Positions 8,400-18,106 of a stretch of DNA of 64,000 nt are shown here, in pieces. Origin of the DNA: an uncultured Gammaproteobacteria bacterium. GTDB taxonomy: Bacteria; Pseudomonadota; Gammaproteobacteria; JAURND01. Under the pieces are notes generated by a model, which was not told where the DNA came from, made no database searches, and saw nothing but the letters and a program-made list of their open reading frames with translations. Where the stretch lies: assembly GCA_963714975.1 (NCBI GenBank), contig CAVQQD010000002.1, forward strand, positions 672,001 through 736,000, read 5' to 3'. Position numbers and translations under genes: made by a program. Every line of letters starts with the position of its first letter. Position 1 is the first letter of the stretch.

Positions 8400-10109
8400 A
8401 TGTCGGAAAAAATTTGGCTCAAAAATTATCCCCCTGGTGTTCCTGCGGAAATTGATTGCCATGCTTATGAATCCCTGGTCGATTTATTTGAACAATCCTG
8501 CACACAATTCGCTGATAAACCAGCACTTAGCAATTTTGGCACTACTATTAGCTATGCCAAATTAGACAGCTTAAGTCGCGATTTTGCCGCTTATTTGCAG
8601 CAAGTACTACAGATTCCGCCAGGTGAACGCATCGCTATCATGTTGCCCAACGTCATGCAATATTACGTAGCCATGTTTGGTGCTCTGCGCGCTGGTTTAA
8701 TCGTGGTGAATGTCAATCCTCTGTATACCCCACGCGAACTTACTCATCAGCTCGTTGATGCGCAAGTCACCACCATCATTATTATGGCTAATTTTGTCGA
8801 GACATTAGCTCAAAGCTTGCCTCAAACCTCATTGCAACAGGTGATTGTGACCCGCCTAGGGGATTTATTTCCCTTCCCAAAAGCGACTATTTTTAACTTT
8901 GTGCTGCGCTATATCAAAAAACAAGTGCCTGCTTGCCGTCTACCCAAGGTAATTTGGTTTAAACAGGCTTTATCCACAGGTAAAAAATGCAAGTTTGAAA
9001 AAATTGCTCTGACCCAAAAGGACATCGCCTACCTCCAGTATACTGGAGGCACTACTGGCGTCCCCAAGGCAGCAGTATTAACTCACGGCAATATGGTTGC
9101 GAATGCTGAGCAAGCTTATGCTTGGGTTATGGCGAGTAATCTACAACCAGGTAAAGAAATCATCATCGCGCCATTACCCCTGTATCACATCTTTTCCCTC
9201 ACCGCTTGTGCCTTATGTTTTTTTAAACTGGGAGGGATGGCGGTGTTGATTACTGATCCACGCGACATTAAAAACCTAGTGCGCGAACTAGAAAATACTG
9301 AATTTTCGGCGATAATTGGCATCAATACTTTGTTTGCTGCTTTGCTACATAACCGACATTTTCGCCAACTTAACTTTGCAAAATTAAAACTCGTGGTTGC
9401 AGGAGGTATGCCATTACAACGTTCTATTGCTGAGCAATGGTATCAACTTACCCATATGCCGATCCTAGAAGGTTATGGTCTCACGGAGGCTAGTCCTATT
9501 GTGACGGTGAACACTTTCAATAGTCAGGTTTTTACTGGCAGTATTGGCTTGCCTGTGCCTTCAACCGATGTAGTCATTCGCGATGATAATGCAGACTTGC
9601 CAATTGGAGTAGCGGGTGAACTATGCGTTAAAGGTCCGCAGGTGATGAAAGATTATTGGCATTATCCCGAAGAAACCAAAGCAGCCTTTACCGACGATGG
9701 CTGGTTGCGAACAGGTGATATTGCCAAACTGGATGAGGAGGGCTATGTCTACTTGTTAGATCGGAAAAAGGATATGATTTTGGTCTCTGGATTTAATGTG
9801 TATCCTAACGAAGTGGAAGAGGTATTGGTAAGTCATCCTGGGGTATTGGAAGCGGGTGTGGTGGGTATTCCCAGTGATACTACCGGGGAGGCAGTAAAAG
9901 CCTATATTGTCAGACAATCTCCCGCGTTGACTAGCAAAGAAATTATTGCTTTTTGTCATCAGCATTTGACAGGATATAAAATCCCGCGGGTGATCGAATT
10001 TGTTGATGAGCTGCCGAAGTCTTATGTGGGCAAGGTGTTACATCGAAAACTAAGAAAAATTCCCTCTCCCCCGCCCGAGCGCCAGCGAGGGAAGGTGGGA
10101 GAGGGTTAG
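8400..10109 (+). CDS. fadD: long-chain-fatty-acid--CoA ligase
   Basis: LQYTGGTTGVPK, EGYGLTEASP, GWLRTGD, RKKDMILVSGFNVYPNEVE, LPKS.VGKVL. Confidence 0.94.
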   Translation: MSEKIWLKNYPPGVPAEIDCHAYESLVDLFEQSCTQFADKPALSNFGTTISYAKLDSLSRDFAAYLQQVLQIPPGERIAIMLPNVMQYYVAMFGALRAGLIVVNVNPLYTPRELTHQLVDAQVTTIIIMANFVETLAQSLPQTSLQQVIVTRLGDLFPFPKATIFNFVLRYIKKQVPACRLPKVIWFKQALSTGKKCKFEKIALTQKDIAYLQYTGGTTGVPKAAVLTHGNMVANAEQAYAWVMASNLQPGKEIIIAPLPLYHIFSLTACALCFFKLGGMAVLITDPRDIKNLVRELENTEFSAIIGINTLFAALLHNRHFRQLNFAKLKLVVAGGMPLQRSIAEQWYQLTHMPILEGYGLTEASPIVTVNTFNSQVFTGSIGLPVPSTDVVIRDDNADLPIGVAGELCVKGPQVMKDYWHYPEETKAAFTDDGWLRTGDIAKLDEEGYVYLLDRKKDMILVSGFNVYPNEVEEVLVSHPGVLEAGVVGIPSDTTGEAVKAYIVRQSPALTSKEIIAFCHQHLTGYKIPRVIEFVDELPKSYVGKVLHRKLRKIPSPPPERQRGKVGEG

Positions 10110-10120
10110 GGAGAGGGAGA
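10061..10120. repeat. boxC-like palindromic repeat overlapping the fadD 3' end
   Basis: TCCCTCTCCCCCGCCCGAGCGCCAGCGAGGGAAGGTGGGAGAGGGTTAGGGAGAGGG; near copy at 28003-28061, inverted copy at 26235-26291. Confidence 0.85.
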
Positions 10121-10124
10121 GGAA

Positions 10125-10982
10125 ATGAAATCTGCAGGTCAACGTTTTAGAATGGCTTTAAATCAAGAGCAGCCATTGCAAATACCGGGCACGATTAATG
10201 CCTATTCTGCCCTGATGGCTGAGCGAGCAGGTTATCGCGCTATTTATTTATCAGGTGCTGGAGTTGCGAATGCCTCCTATGGTCTACCGGATTTGGGAAT
10301 GACTAATTTAACTGATGTCTTAATTGATGCTCGACGTATCATCAGTGCGACAAATCTGCCCTTGTTAGTCGACATTGATACCGGCTGGGGGTCTGTGTTA
10401 AATATAGCCAGAACCATTCGCGAAATGCAGCAAGCCGGAGTTGCTGCAGTGCATATTGAAGATCAGATTAACGAAAAGCGTTGCGGTCATCGTCCTGGTA
10501 AAGCAGTGGTAGCGATTGCTGAAATGCAAGACCGGATTAAAGCGGCGGTAGATGCCAGAACCGATGCTAACTTTGTTATTATGGCACGAACTGATGCATT
10601 ACAATCCGAAGGAATTGACGCTACTATTGAGCGAGCCTGTCGTTACCAAGAAGCTGGAGCTGATATGATTTTTGCGGAAGCTTTAGGCGAATTAGTTCAA
10701 TATCGCCGTTTTGTGGAGGAAGTGCAGTTACCTCTATTGGCCAATATTACTGAGTTTGGGAAAACGCCTTTGTTTAGTTTAGAAGAATTGCGGAGTGTGG
10801 GAGTGAGCATGGTGTTATATCCCCTCTCTGCTTTTCGGATGATGAGTGCAGCAGCTAACACTCTTTATGTTGGGCTACGCCAAGAAAGCAGTCAGCAAAA
10901 ATTTATTCAGCAAATGCAAACGCGAGAAGAGCTGTATGATGTTTTAAATTATTATACCTATGAGAGGAAATTTAGTTCATGA
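10125..10982 (+). CDS. prpB: 2-methylisocitrate lyase
   Basis: [46 protein letters not shown]. Confidence 0.95.
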   Translation: MKSAGQRFRMALNQEQPLQIPGTINAYSALMAERAGYRAIYLSGAGVANASYGLPDLGMTNLTDVLIDARRIISATNLPLLVDIDTGWGSVLNIARTIREMQQAGVAAVHIEDQINEKRCGHRPGKAVVAIAEMQDRIKAAVDARTDANFVIMARTDALQSEGIDATIERACRYQEAGADMIFAEALGELVQYRRFVEEVQLPLLANITEFGKTPLFSLEELRSVGVSMVLYPLSAFRMMSAAANTLYVGLRQESSQQKFIQQMQTREELYDVLNYYTYERKFSS

Positions 10983-12100
10983 ATGCCAAGAAAAAACAAG
11001 GTGGGTTGGCAGGTGTCATCGCAGGACAAACTGCCATCGCTACCGTAGGCAAAGCAGGATTGGGATTAACTTATCGAGGTTATTCTATTGATGATTTAGC
11101 ACAACACGCTACTTTTGAAGAAGTTGCTTACTTGCTGATTTATGGAGAATTGCCGAATGCGAGTCAGTTGCAGAATTATCAGCAACGGTTAAAAGCCAAT
11201 CGATTTTTGCCTGATGCTTTAAAAACTGTTTTAGAGTTAATTCCTGGCCACACGCATCCGATGGATGTGTTACGCACCGGTTGCTCTGTTCTTGGGACCC
11301 TGGAGCCAGAGTCGGGTAATTTAGCAGCCTTGACTATTGCTGATCGTTTAATAGGTATTTTCCCCTCAATGCTTTTATATTGGTATCACTTTCATCAGCA
11401 GTGCATCCGCATTGATACTGAAACCCCGACTGAAACAGTGGCAGGGCATTTTCTTTATCTTCTTACTGGCAAGGCAGCGGATGAATTGCAGCAACATGCC
11501 TTGGATGTATCGCTCATTCTATATGCGGAACATGAATTTAATGCCTCGACGTTTGCGGCTCGAGTGACGACTGCGACCGGTTCCGATTTTTATTCTGCGA
11601 TTTGTTCTGCGATTGGTACCCTACGCGGAGATTTACACGGAGGTGCTAATGAAAAAGCCATGGAACTCATTGAGCGCTTTAATTCTCCTGAATCTGCTAC
11701 GGAAGGTGTGCGACGTTTGTTAGCGGAAAAATATTTAATTATGGGTTTTGGTCATCGAGTGTATACGCAATCGGACCCTCGTTCAGATATTATTAAGCCT
11801 TGGGCGAAACGCTTGGCGGATGAGACCGGAGATCAAGTCATTTATCCAGTTTCTGAGGCTATTGAAAAAGTGATGTGGGACGAGAAAAAACTTTTTCCTA
11901 ATTTAGATTTTTATAGTGCTAGTACTTATCATTTTTGTGGTATTCCCACGACAATGTTCACACCGTTATTTGTGATTGCACGTACTGCTGGCTGGGCTGC
12001 CCATATCATTGAGCAGCGGGCTAACAATAAACTAATTCGTCCTGATGCCGAATATATTGGTCCTGAGTTAAGAGAATTTAAGCAATTGGAAGAGAGATAA
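10979..12100 (+). CDS. prpC: 2-methylcitrate synthase
   Basis: [44 protein letters not shown]; overlaps prpB by ATGA. Confidence 0.94.
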   Translation: MNAKKKQGGLAGVIAGQTAIATVGKAGLGLTYRGYSIDDLAQHATFEEVAYLLIYGELPNASQLQNYQQRLKANRFLPDALKTVLELIPGHTHPMDVLRTGCSVLGTLEPESGNLAALTIADRLIGIFPSMLLYWYHFHQQCIRIDTETPTETVAGHFLYLLTGKAADELQQHALDVSLILYAEHEFNASTFAARVTTATGSDFYSAICSAIGTLRGDLHGGANEKAMELIERFNSPESATEGVRRLLAEKYLIMGFGHRVYTQSDPRSDIIKPWAKRLADETGDQVIYPVSEAIEKVMWDEKKLFPNLDFYSASTYHFCGIPTTMFTPLFVIARTAGWAAHIIEQRANNKLIRPDAEYIGPELREFKQLEER

Positions 12101-13311
12101 TGCCACGCCATAAGACAGTTGCTGTACAAATAGGTTCGATGATTATTGGTGGTGACTCGCCAATCGTCGTGCAATCGATGACGGATACGGATACTGCAGA
12201 TTTAGCAGCGACCGTAAAGCAAGTAATGGCTTTGGCGCGAGCAGGCTCGGAATTGGTCCGCGTGACTGTCAATAATGAAGCCGCTGCCCAACAAGTGCCT
12301 GCCATTCGTGAGCGTTTAGATGCCATGAATTGCCAGGTACCGCTCGTGGGTGATTTTCATTATAACGGACATTTGTTGCTGGCAAAGTACCCGGCTTGTG
12401 CCGAGGCGCTCGATAAATATCGGATTAATCCGGGAAATGTCGGTTTTGCGGGAAAACGTGATAAGCAATTTGCTGAGATGATTGAGATTGCTTTAAAACA
12501 TAACAAAGCCGTGCGTATTGGGGTCAATTGGGGGAGTTTAGACAAAGCATTAGTGACGCGTTTAATGGATGAAAATGCCAAGATAGCCCAGCCAAAAACT
12601 GATAAGGAAGTGATCCAAGAGGCGTTAGTATTATCCGCGCTTGAAGGAGCAAAATTTGCTGAGTCGATTGGAATGGCTCGAAATAAGTTGGTGCTTTCTT
12701 GTAAGGTGAGTGAGGTGCAAACGTTAATTGCGGTTTACCGTGAATTAGCTGCACGCTCTGATTATGCGTTACATTTGGGACTCACGGAAGCGGGCATGGG
12801 ATCAAAGGGCATTGTAGCTTCAAGTGTGGGCATTGGAATTTTATTGCAAGCAGGTATTGGTGATACGATTCGTGCTTCGCTCACTCCTGAGCCAAATGGT
12901 GATCGGACTCAAGAAGTGATTGTCTCACAGCAGATTTTACAAACCATGGGTCTGCGTGCCTTTGCTCCTTTAATCACCGCTTGTCCCGGCTGTGGCAGGA
13001 CGACCAGTCAATTTTTTCGGGAATTAGCTGAACAAATTCAAAATTACACCCGAGAGCAAATGCCGATTTGGCGTGAAAAATACTTGGGTGTCGAGACAAT
13101 GACCGTCGCGGTGATGGGCTGCGTGGTCAACGGACCTGGAGAAAGCAAGCATGCCAATATTGGGATTAGCTTACCAGGAACCGGCGAAGAACCTGTGGCC
13201 CCGGTTTTTATCGATGGGATGAAAGCCGTCACCTTGCGTGGTGCGAATATTGCCGCAGAATTTGTGCAGTTGTTAGATCAGTATGTAAAAACCAAATACG
13301 CCTGTCGTTGA
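12100..13311 (+). CDS. ispG: (E)-4-hydroxy-3-methylbut-2-enyl-diphosphate synthase
   Basis: [48 protein letters not shown]. Confidence 0.96.
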   Translation: MPRHKTVAVQIGSMIIGGDSPIVVQSMTDTDTADLAATVKQVMALARAGSELVRVTVNNEAAAQQVPAIRERLDAMNCQVPLVGDFHYNGHLLLAKYPACAEALDKYRINPGNVGFAGKRDKQFAEMIEIALKHNKAVRIGVNWGSLDKALVTRLMDENAKIAQPKTDKEVIQEALVLSALEGAKFAESIGMARNKLVLSCKVSEVQTLIAVYRELAARSDYALHLGLTEAGMGSKGIVASSVGIGILLQAGIGDTIRASLTPEPNGDRTQEVIVSQQILQTMGLRAFAPLITACPGCGRTTSQFFRELAEQIQNYTREQMPIWREKYLGVETMTVAVMGCVVNGPGESKHANIGISLPGTGEEPVAPVFIDGMKAVTLRGANIAAEFVQLLDQYVKTKYACR

Positions 13312-13414
13312 ACGGCCGCCTGTCGCGTTATAGAAACCGACAAGGTCTTAATATTTAGTTAATATTGATCATTTATGATGACTTAACATTTTATCGTAAC
13401 TATCGGAGTCGTGT

Positions 13415-15172
13415 ATGAGTGAAACAAAGGTGAACGAAACAAAAGTAGAAAAACTAGAGGAATATACGTTTACAGATGTACAATCTTCTCTGAAAATTCC
13501 AGAAGGTTTAACTGATGCTTTTGAGCCGCTATCAAGATTGGTTAATGAAGATAAAAGGACAGTAGAGAGACGTGCTTTCAGGGAAACATTATCCTTTATT
13601 ATGGGGGGGATATTAAACCCTACTCAGGATGAGAAGAGTATTACTTCCAAAGAGCAGGATAGGGATAGTAATATTTCCAAAGTGGATGCTTTTATAGGGC
13701 AACTTCCAGGTGAAATAGTGTCTAAGTGGAAGTTACGAGAATTGTGGGAGCTTAAACAACGCAGTCTACGTCCTGTAGAAGCGAAACCAAAACCTAAGTC
13801 CTTTAATTATATTAATAATTATGCCATCGGAACTGCTTTTTTTTCGCTTGTTCCAGGTATTGGGTTTGGTCTATTGGATCTTTGTGGTGCAGACTCTTCT
13901 GCGGATAGAATAGATAACCTCATCAGTTATCTTTATATTAGCCTGGCTGCGGTGGCTTTTTCCTATTTAATGATTTGTCTTTATGCTCACCTAAGAAAAA
14001 CACCAGTTGAAAGTAAAGCTACAGAAGCACCCGGTGAAATTAACGTAGTTTCATTAGATTATGATGATTGTGCAGATATCATTTTTTGGGAAAAATGCAC
14101 TCCTAAATGGCGTATTTGTTATGCGGAGTCTCATTTTAAGGGTGAACTAACTCCAGAAGAACAAAAAGAATTTAATAGCTTAAATGATACAGCGAAATCC
14201 TATAGCGTAATGGAGGAAAAGCTATCCTTAGGATTGAAGGATACGTTGAATGCTCTTTTCAAGAAACATGCGGATAAATTTCGAGATAAATTAATATCTC
14301 TAGCCAAGAATAGATCGCTTGAATTTTTTACATTGTCAAATAGACTGTCCTTAAAACGAGAGCGAGAAAATGTGCAGGAGAAGGGAAGTGGATCTAGTTT
14401 TAAAAACTATAGTGACTTATGTGAGACAGAGAATTGGCATTTCAATCAACTGTTGTTACACGATCAGATGGGTCAACTGAGCGATGGCGCTACATTATTG
14501 CAATTTTTCAATCCCAAATCTGGTTTTGTAGAAAAAAGCACAAGCACTTTTCTGAACTCATCTGAACATGAGCTTCATGATATGAACTTTTCATATTATG
14601 ATAAAGAGAAGAGTTCATCGAAAATTTTATCTATTATAAATCAGTCAAGAGCCATAGCTAAGAAACAACCGAAAGCAATAATCAATTTTTATTGTATAGA
14701 TGACAGGGGAGACCTGCTTGATGATATTAAACGTTTTTTTACTGTTTATCCGCAGCTCCTTCCTAAAAATATTAAATTGCATGTCCTACAATACATAGTT
14801 GAGGAGGATGAGCCATTTATTACGGTTTTCTCTCCTTCCCCTACTAAGGAAAATACTTTTTCGAAAAAATTGCTAACTTTTCTAGCAGTATCAGGGATTG
14901 GTTTAGGTATTGTTTCGTTGGCTAGCAAGATAAATACGCAGGATTCGAGCGCCTATTTACGCACCGAAATTTTCGATGGAAATTCTTTTAATGCAATTGA
15001 GTGTATTACAATAGCCGTGGCTTTGATGGCTATTGTTGCCATTGGGGTCAATAGTAGGCTGCAGCAATCTCATGTATCAGATGTGAGGGATGCTCCCGAG
15101 ATTGCCATCACGAAGGCACTGCGCGGCATAAACTTAGCATATCCAGATCGTTTGAAGCGTGGTGATGCCTGA
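13415..15172 (+). CDS. hypothetical multi-TM protein with HAD-like motifs, candidate secreted effector
   Basis: 585 aa; two TM pairs flank a domain containing VSLDYDDC and FYCIDDRGDLL. Confidence 0.6.
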   Translation: MSETKVNETKVEKLEEYTFTDVQSSLKIPEGLTDAFEPLSRLVNEDKRTVERRAFRETLSFIMGGILNPTQDEKSITSKEQDRDSNISKVDAFIGQLPGEIVSKWKLRELWELKQRSLRPVEAKPKPKSFNYINNYAIGTAFFSLVPGIGFGLLDLCGADSSADRIDNLISYLYISLAAVAFSYLMICLYAHLRKTPVESKATEAPGEINVVSLDYDDCADIIFWEKCTPKWRICYAESHFKGELTPEEQKEFNSLNDTAKSYSVMEEKLSLGLKDTLNALFKKHADKFRDKLISLAKNRSLEFFTLSNRLSLKRERENVQEKGSGSSFKNYSDLCETENWHFNQLLLHDQMGQLSDGATLLQFFNPKSGFVEKSTSTFLNSSEHELHDMNFSYYDKEKSSSKILSIINQSRAIAKKQPKAIINFYCIDDRGDLLDDIKRFFTVYPQLLPKNIKLHVLQYIVEEDEPFITVFSPSPTKENTFSKKLLTFLAVSGIGLGIVSLASKINTQDSSAYLRTEIFDGNSFNAIECITIAVALMAIVAIGVNSRLQQSHVSDVRDAPEIAITKALRGINLAYPDRLKRGDA

Positions 15173-15475
15173 CAGCATTACTAAGGCAATTAATAAATAT
15201 CCTGCCCATAGAGAATTATAAAGGCTATTGATTGGGATAACTAACATGAGCAGGTACATCTCGCCTCGGTTTAAGATGCGCCAAATGATAGTTTCATCTG
15301 GATCGATGACGGCTTTACGATGGTTAGCATAGGCCACTTCAAACGATGGCATAATGGCAAAGAACATTGCAAGACAAATCCATTGTGATAATGGTAGCCA
15401 TGGCGGAGTGATGGGTAGCCAAAAATAGCTAAAAAGCAGCATGAAATCAATAAATCGATCTAGGCTCCCATCTAA
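15134..15475 (-). pseudogene. duplicated 3' half of the CDP-alcohol phosphatidyltransferase gene
   Basis: LDGSLDRFIDF...TTLQTIWI is nearly identical to the C-half of 17489-18106; 15141-15475 aligns with 17523-17857. Confidence 0.88.
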
Positions 15476-15490
15476 CTTTGTGCGTAAAAA

Positions 15491-15636
15491 TCCTTCTCCC
15501 CTTGTGGGAGAAGGTGCCCGAAAGGGCGGATGAGGGGTAAACTTGGAATCAGCAAAGAGCATTTTATTAGCTAAATGCTGCTTACCCCTCACCCGCGCGC
15601 CTAACGGCGCGGCGGCCTCTCCCACAAGGGGAGAGG
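15491..15636. repeat. inverted pair of boxC-like repeats (REPIN-like doublet)
   Basis: CCTTCTCCCCTTGTGGGAGAAGGTGCC...GGCGGATGAGGGG followed by CCCCTCACCCG...CCTCTCCCACAAGGGGAGAGG. Confidence 0.82.
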
Positions 15637-15689
15637 CAAAATTGTGGTGAATGGTTGCCAACCTCTTTGTATATCAAGAGTTTGTATCG

Positions 15690-16076
15690 TTACAATCGTT
15701 TAACCTGTTTGATCTTTGCAAATTTTTCATCAAAAGTATAAAAATCTTTTGCATCAGCATTTTTAGCTGCTACTAATATCATGCAATCAGAGAAGTCAGC
15801 ATTATTTTCTTTAAAAAGTACAAGTCCTTCTAGAAAATTTTGCTCACGTTCAACAACAAAGGCAGAATTTTCGTATATTTCCTGCAAAACGACAAGAATT
15901 TGTTGTTTGGTAAGATCATAAGCTCGATCTAAAACCCATACCATTTCGATTAATACGATTTCGGATAAAAAAATATGCTTGGCTTTTTTTGCTAGGTCTC
16001 TAGATTTTTTAACTTGACTCTCATTTAAGTCATCGATAAAAATTCGAACCAGGATGTTAGTATCAATTGCTATCAT
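15690..16076 (-). CDS. vapC: PIN-domain toxin (VapC family)
   Basis: MIAIDTNILVR, LIEMVWVL, ADFSDC, YTFDEK. Confidence 0.9.
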   Translation of the reverse strand: MIAIDTNILVRIFIDDLNESQVKKSRDLAKKAKHIFLSEIVLIEMVWVLDRAYDLTKQQILVVLQEIYENSAFVVEREQNFLEGLVLFKENNADFSDCMILVAAKNADAKDFYTFDEKFAKIKQVKRL

Positions 16077-16302
16077 CACTATATCCCTTTTCAATTGCTC
16101 TTTGGATTTCCCCAAGAGAAACTTTTTTCTCGACTTTAAACATACCGAATGCTTGAGTGATGTCGTCTCTTTTTTTAAAAATCAATATCTTTTGATCCAA
16201 TGCTTCAAAAGCTACTGTATCTCCAGGATGTAAATCTAAAGCTTGTCTTAAATTAGCTGGTATGGTTACTTGACCCTTGGATGTTAGAGTTGAAGAATAC
16301 AT
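16063..16302 (-). CDS. vapB: AbrB/MazE/SpoVT family antitoxin (VapB)
   Basis: STLTSKGQVTIPANLRQALDLHPGD.V.F; GGAGG SD; overlaps the toxin start. Confidence 0.9.
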   Translation of the reverse strand: MYSSTLTSKGQVTIPANLRQALDLHPGDTVAFEALDQKILIFKKRDDITQAFGMFKVEKKVSLGEIQRAIEKGYSDDSN

Positions 16303-16318
16303 GGGGACCTCCATAAAA

Positions 16319-16367
16319 AAGTAATACATGTGTAATTAAGTATTACTTAACTCTCTTTGTATGTCAA
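16319..16367 (-). promoter_or_regulatory. sigma70 promoter with operator palindrome for vapBC
   Basis: TTGACA (minus strand 16367-16362), TAATAC-like -10 16 bp downstream, overlapped by the inverted repeat AAGTAATAC-N12-GTATTACTT. Confidence 0.6.
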
Positions 16368-16519
16368 ATATTTTTAACTAAGTAGGCTATAGATCAGCCC
16401 CTTTGTATATTAAGAGCTTTTTATGCCTTGAAAAATAATTTCAACTGTTTAAAATGACATTTGTTTAGAATGACATTTTTTCCAGTGGTTCCTATTCATT
16501 ATATTAAGGAGATTTTTTC

Positions 16520-16957
16520 ATGAAGAAATATTTAGTAATGACTGTTTTAGCTAGTGGTTTGCTTTTTGCAGTCAATAGTTTGGCTGATGACCAACTTCCA
16601 GCGAATGCCGTAAGTGCTTCTACGGTATTGGAAAATTTGCAGAAAGCAGGTTTTACTGGGGTCCGTAAAGTTAAGTTTGAAAACGATGTTTATGAGGCTG
16701 TTGCCATTAATCATGAAGGCAGACCTGTAAAAGTTGCGGTAAATCCAACGGATGGACAAGTTTCCAAGGAGTCTAAAGCAATGGCGGCGCAATTAACCAT
16801 TCTTGATGCAGCAAAAAAAGTGGAGAAGGCTGGTTATACGCATATTAGCGAGATTGAATTGGAAAAAAATAAGTTTGACGTAAAAGCTCTGGATAAGAAT
16901 GGTAAAAAAGTAGATTTAGAAGTGGATGGGCAAACTGGGAATATTAAGGAAGACTAG
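16520..16957 (+). CDS. exported protein with two PepSY domains (paralog of 4120-4575)
   Basis: Signal peptide; the LTILDAAKKVEKAGY segment matches ITTFDAAQKVENAGY of the paralog. Confidence 0.82.
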   Translation: MKKYLVMTVLASGLLFAVNSLADDQLPANAVSASTVLENLQKAGFTGVRKVKFENDVYEAVAINHEGRPVKVAVNPTDGQVSKESKAMAAQLTILDAAKKVEKAGYTHISEIELEKNKFDVKALDKNGKKVDLEVDGQTGNIKED

Positions 16958-16964
16958 GAATAAC

Positions 16965-16992
16965 ATGCCGCGGCTAGCCCGCGGCATTTTTT
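16965..16992 (+). terminator. intrinsic terminator
   Basis: ATGCCGCGG-CTAGC-CCGCGGCAT stem followed by a T-run, just after the PepSY stop codon. Confidence 0.8.
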
Positions 16993-17071
16993 GTACCTAG
17001 GATTGACGCTCTCTATAATTCATGTTAATTTGGGACATATAACGCCCGTTAATCAACTTAAGGAGGCTAAA

Positions 17072-17416
17072 ATGTCACAAATATCTGCCTTGCCTCAAGC
17101 TGTGCAAGAAGCTCTGCAAATGCTTGGCGAGCTCATACAATCCGCTCGCAGATCAGCAAATTACACCTCTGAAGAAATAGCCCAAAAAGCTGGTGTCAAT
17201 CGAAAAACCATCGCTCGTTTGGAAAAAGGTGATCCTGGTATTGGGCTGGGTTTATTTCTTAGCGTCCTTTGGTTATTAGATATTCCTTTATTACGTGGCT
17301 TTGACCTAGGCAATCGCCAATCTAGGACACAAATAGCCCTCTTATTACGTAGTTTAGGGCAAAATCAGGTTCAACGTGTTCGCCGCTCATCCAAAAGTCA
17401 CTATGACAAATCCTAA
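17072..17416 (+). CDS. XRE-family HTH protein (HipB-like antitoxin)
   Basis: LGELIQSARR...EEIAQKAGVNRKTIARLEKGDPG; AAGGAGG SD; overlaps a hipA-like start. Confidence 0.82.
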   Translation: MSQISALPQAVQEALQMLGELIQSARRSANYTSEEIAQKAGVNRKTIARLEKGDPGIGLGLFLSVLWLLDIPLLRGFDLGNRQSRTQIALLLRSLGQNQVQRVRRSSKSHYDKS

Positions 17417-17495
17417 ACAATACAGCGCCTATGTTTGGATATGGCTGCCTGGTACAGAGCATCCAGTACCCTGTGGGCAACTCACGGATCACTGA
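17403..17495 (+). pseudogene. N-terminal remnant (30 aa) of a HipA-family toxin
   Basis: MTNPKQYSAYVWIWLPGTEHPVPCGQL resembles the AYVWIWLPG..EPV.AG.L N-terminus of HipA-like kinases; truncated where it meets the convergent gene. Confidence 0.7.
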
Positions 17496-18106
17496 CCTGA
17501 ATACCGTGAAAACTTTAAACTAATCCAGATCGTCTGAAAGGTTGTAATGCCTGACAGCACTACTAAGGCAATTAATAAATATCCTGCCCATAGAGAATGA
17601 TAAAGGCTGCTGATCGGGATAAGCAGCATAAGCAGGTACATTTCACCTCGGTTTAAAATACGCCATATGATAGTTTCATCTGGATCGATTACAGCTTTGC
17701 GATGATTAGCATAGGCCACTTCAAACGATGGCATAATAGCAAAGAACATCGCAAGACAAATCCATTGTGATAATGGTAGCCATGATGTGGTGATAGGTAA
17801 CCAGAAGTAGCTAAAAAGCAGCATGAAATCAATAAATCGATCTAGACTCCCGTCTAAAAATGCTCCCCGGTAAGAAGCACAGTTTAAATGTCTAGCCAAA
17901 GCCCCATCCACTAAATCCAATATGCCAGCTAGCAGGAAAAAACTGCAGCCTAGCCATATCGCATGAGTAATGATGGCGATAAGACCAATTAAGGCAATGG
18001 GTACTGTGCTCCAAGTGTAGAAGTCTGGCGTGAAGGGCAGTTTTGAGAATATTTGGCCAATTTTGCGTGAAATGGCGGCCCAGGTTTTAGATTTCTCTTT
18101 TATCAC
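17489..18106 (-). CDS. CDP-alcohol phosphatidyltransferase family protein
   Basis: DLVDGALAR...GAFLDGSLD matches the D-x2-DG-x2-AR-x7-G-x3-D-x3-D signature; GTG 18106 overlaps the upstream TGA. Confidence 0.88.
   Translation of the reverse strand: MIKEKSKTWAAISRKIGQIFSKLPFTPDFYTWSTVPIALIGLIAIITHAIWLGCSFFLLAGILDLVDGALARHLNCASYRGAFLDGSLDRFIDFMLLFSYFWLPITTSWLPLSQWICLAMFFAIMPSFEVAYANHRKAVIDPDETIIWRILNRGEMYLLMLLIPISSLYHSLWAGYLLIALVVLSGITTFQTIWISLKFSRYSGQ

Noticed and set aside
15476-15661. N-terminal part of the 175-aa ORF 15134-15661
   Set aside because: It is a translation of the boxC-like doublet fused by chance to the duplicated gene fragment.
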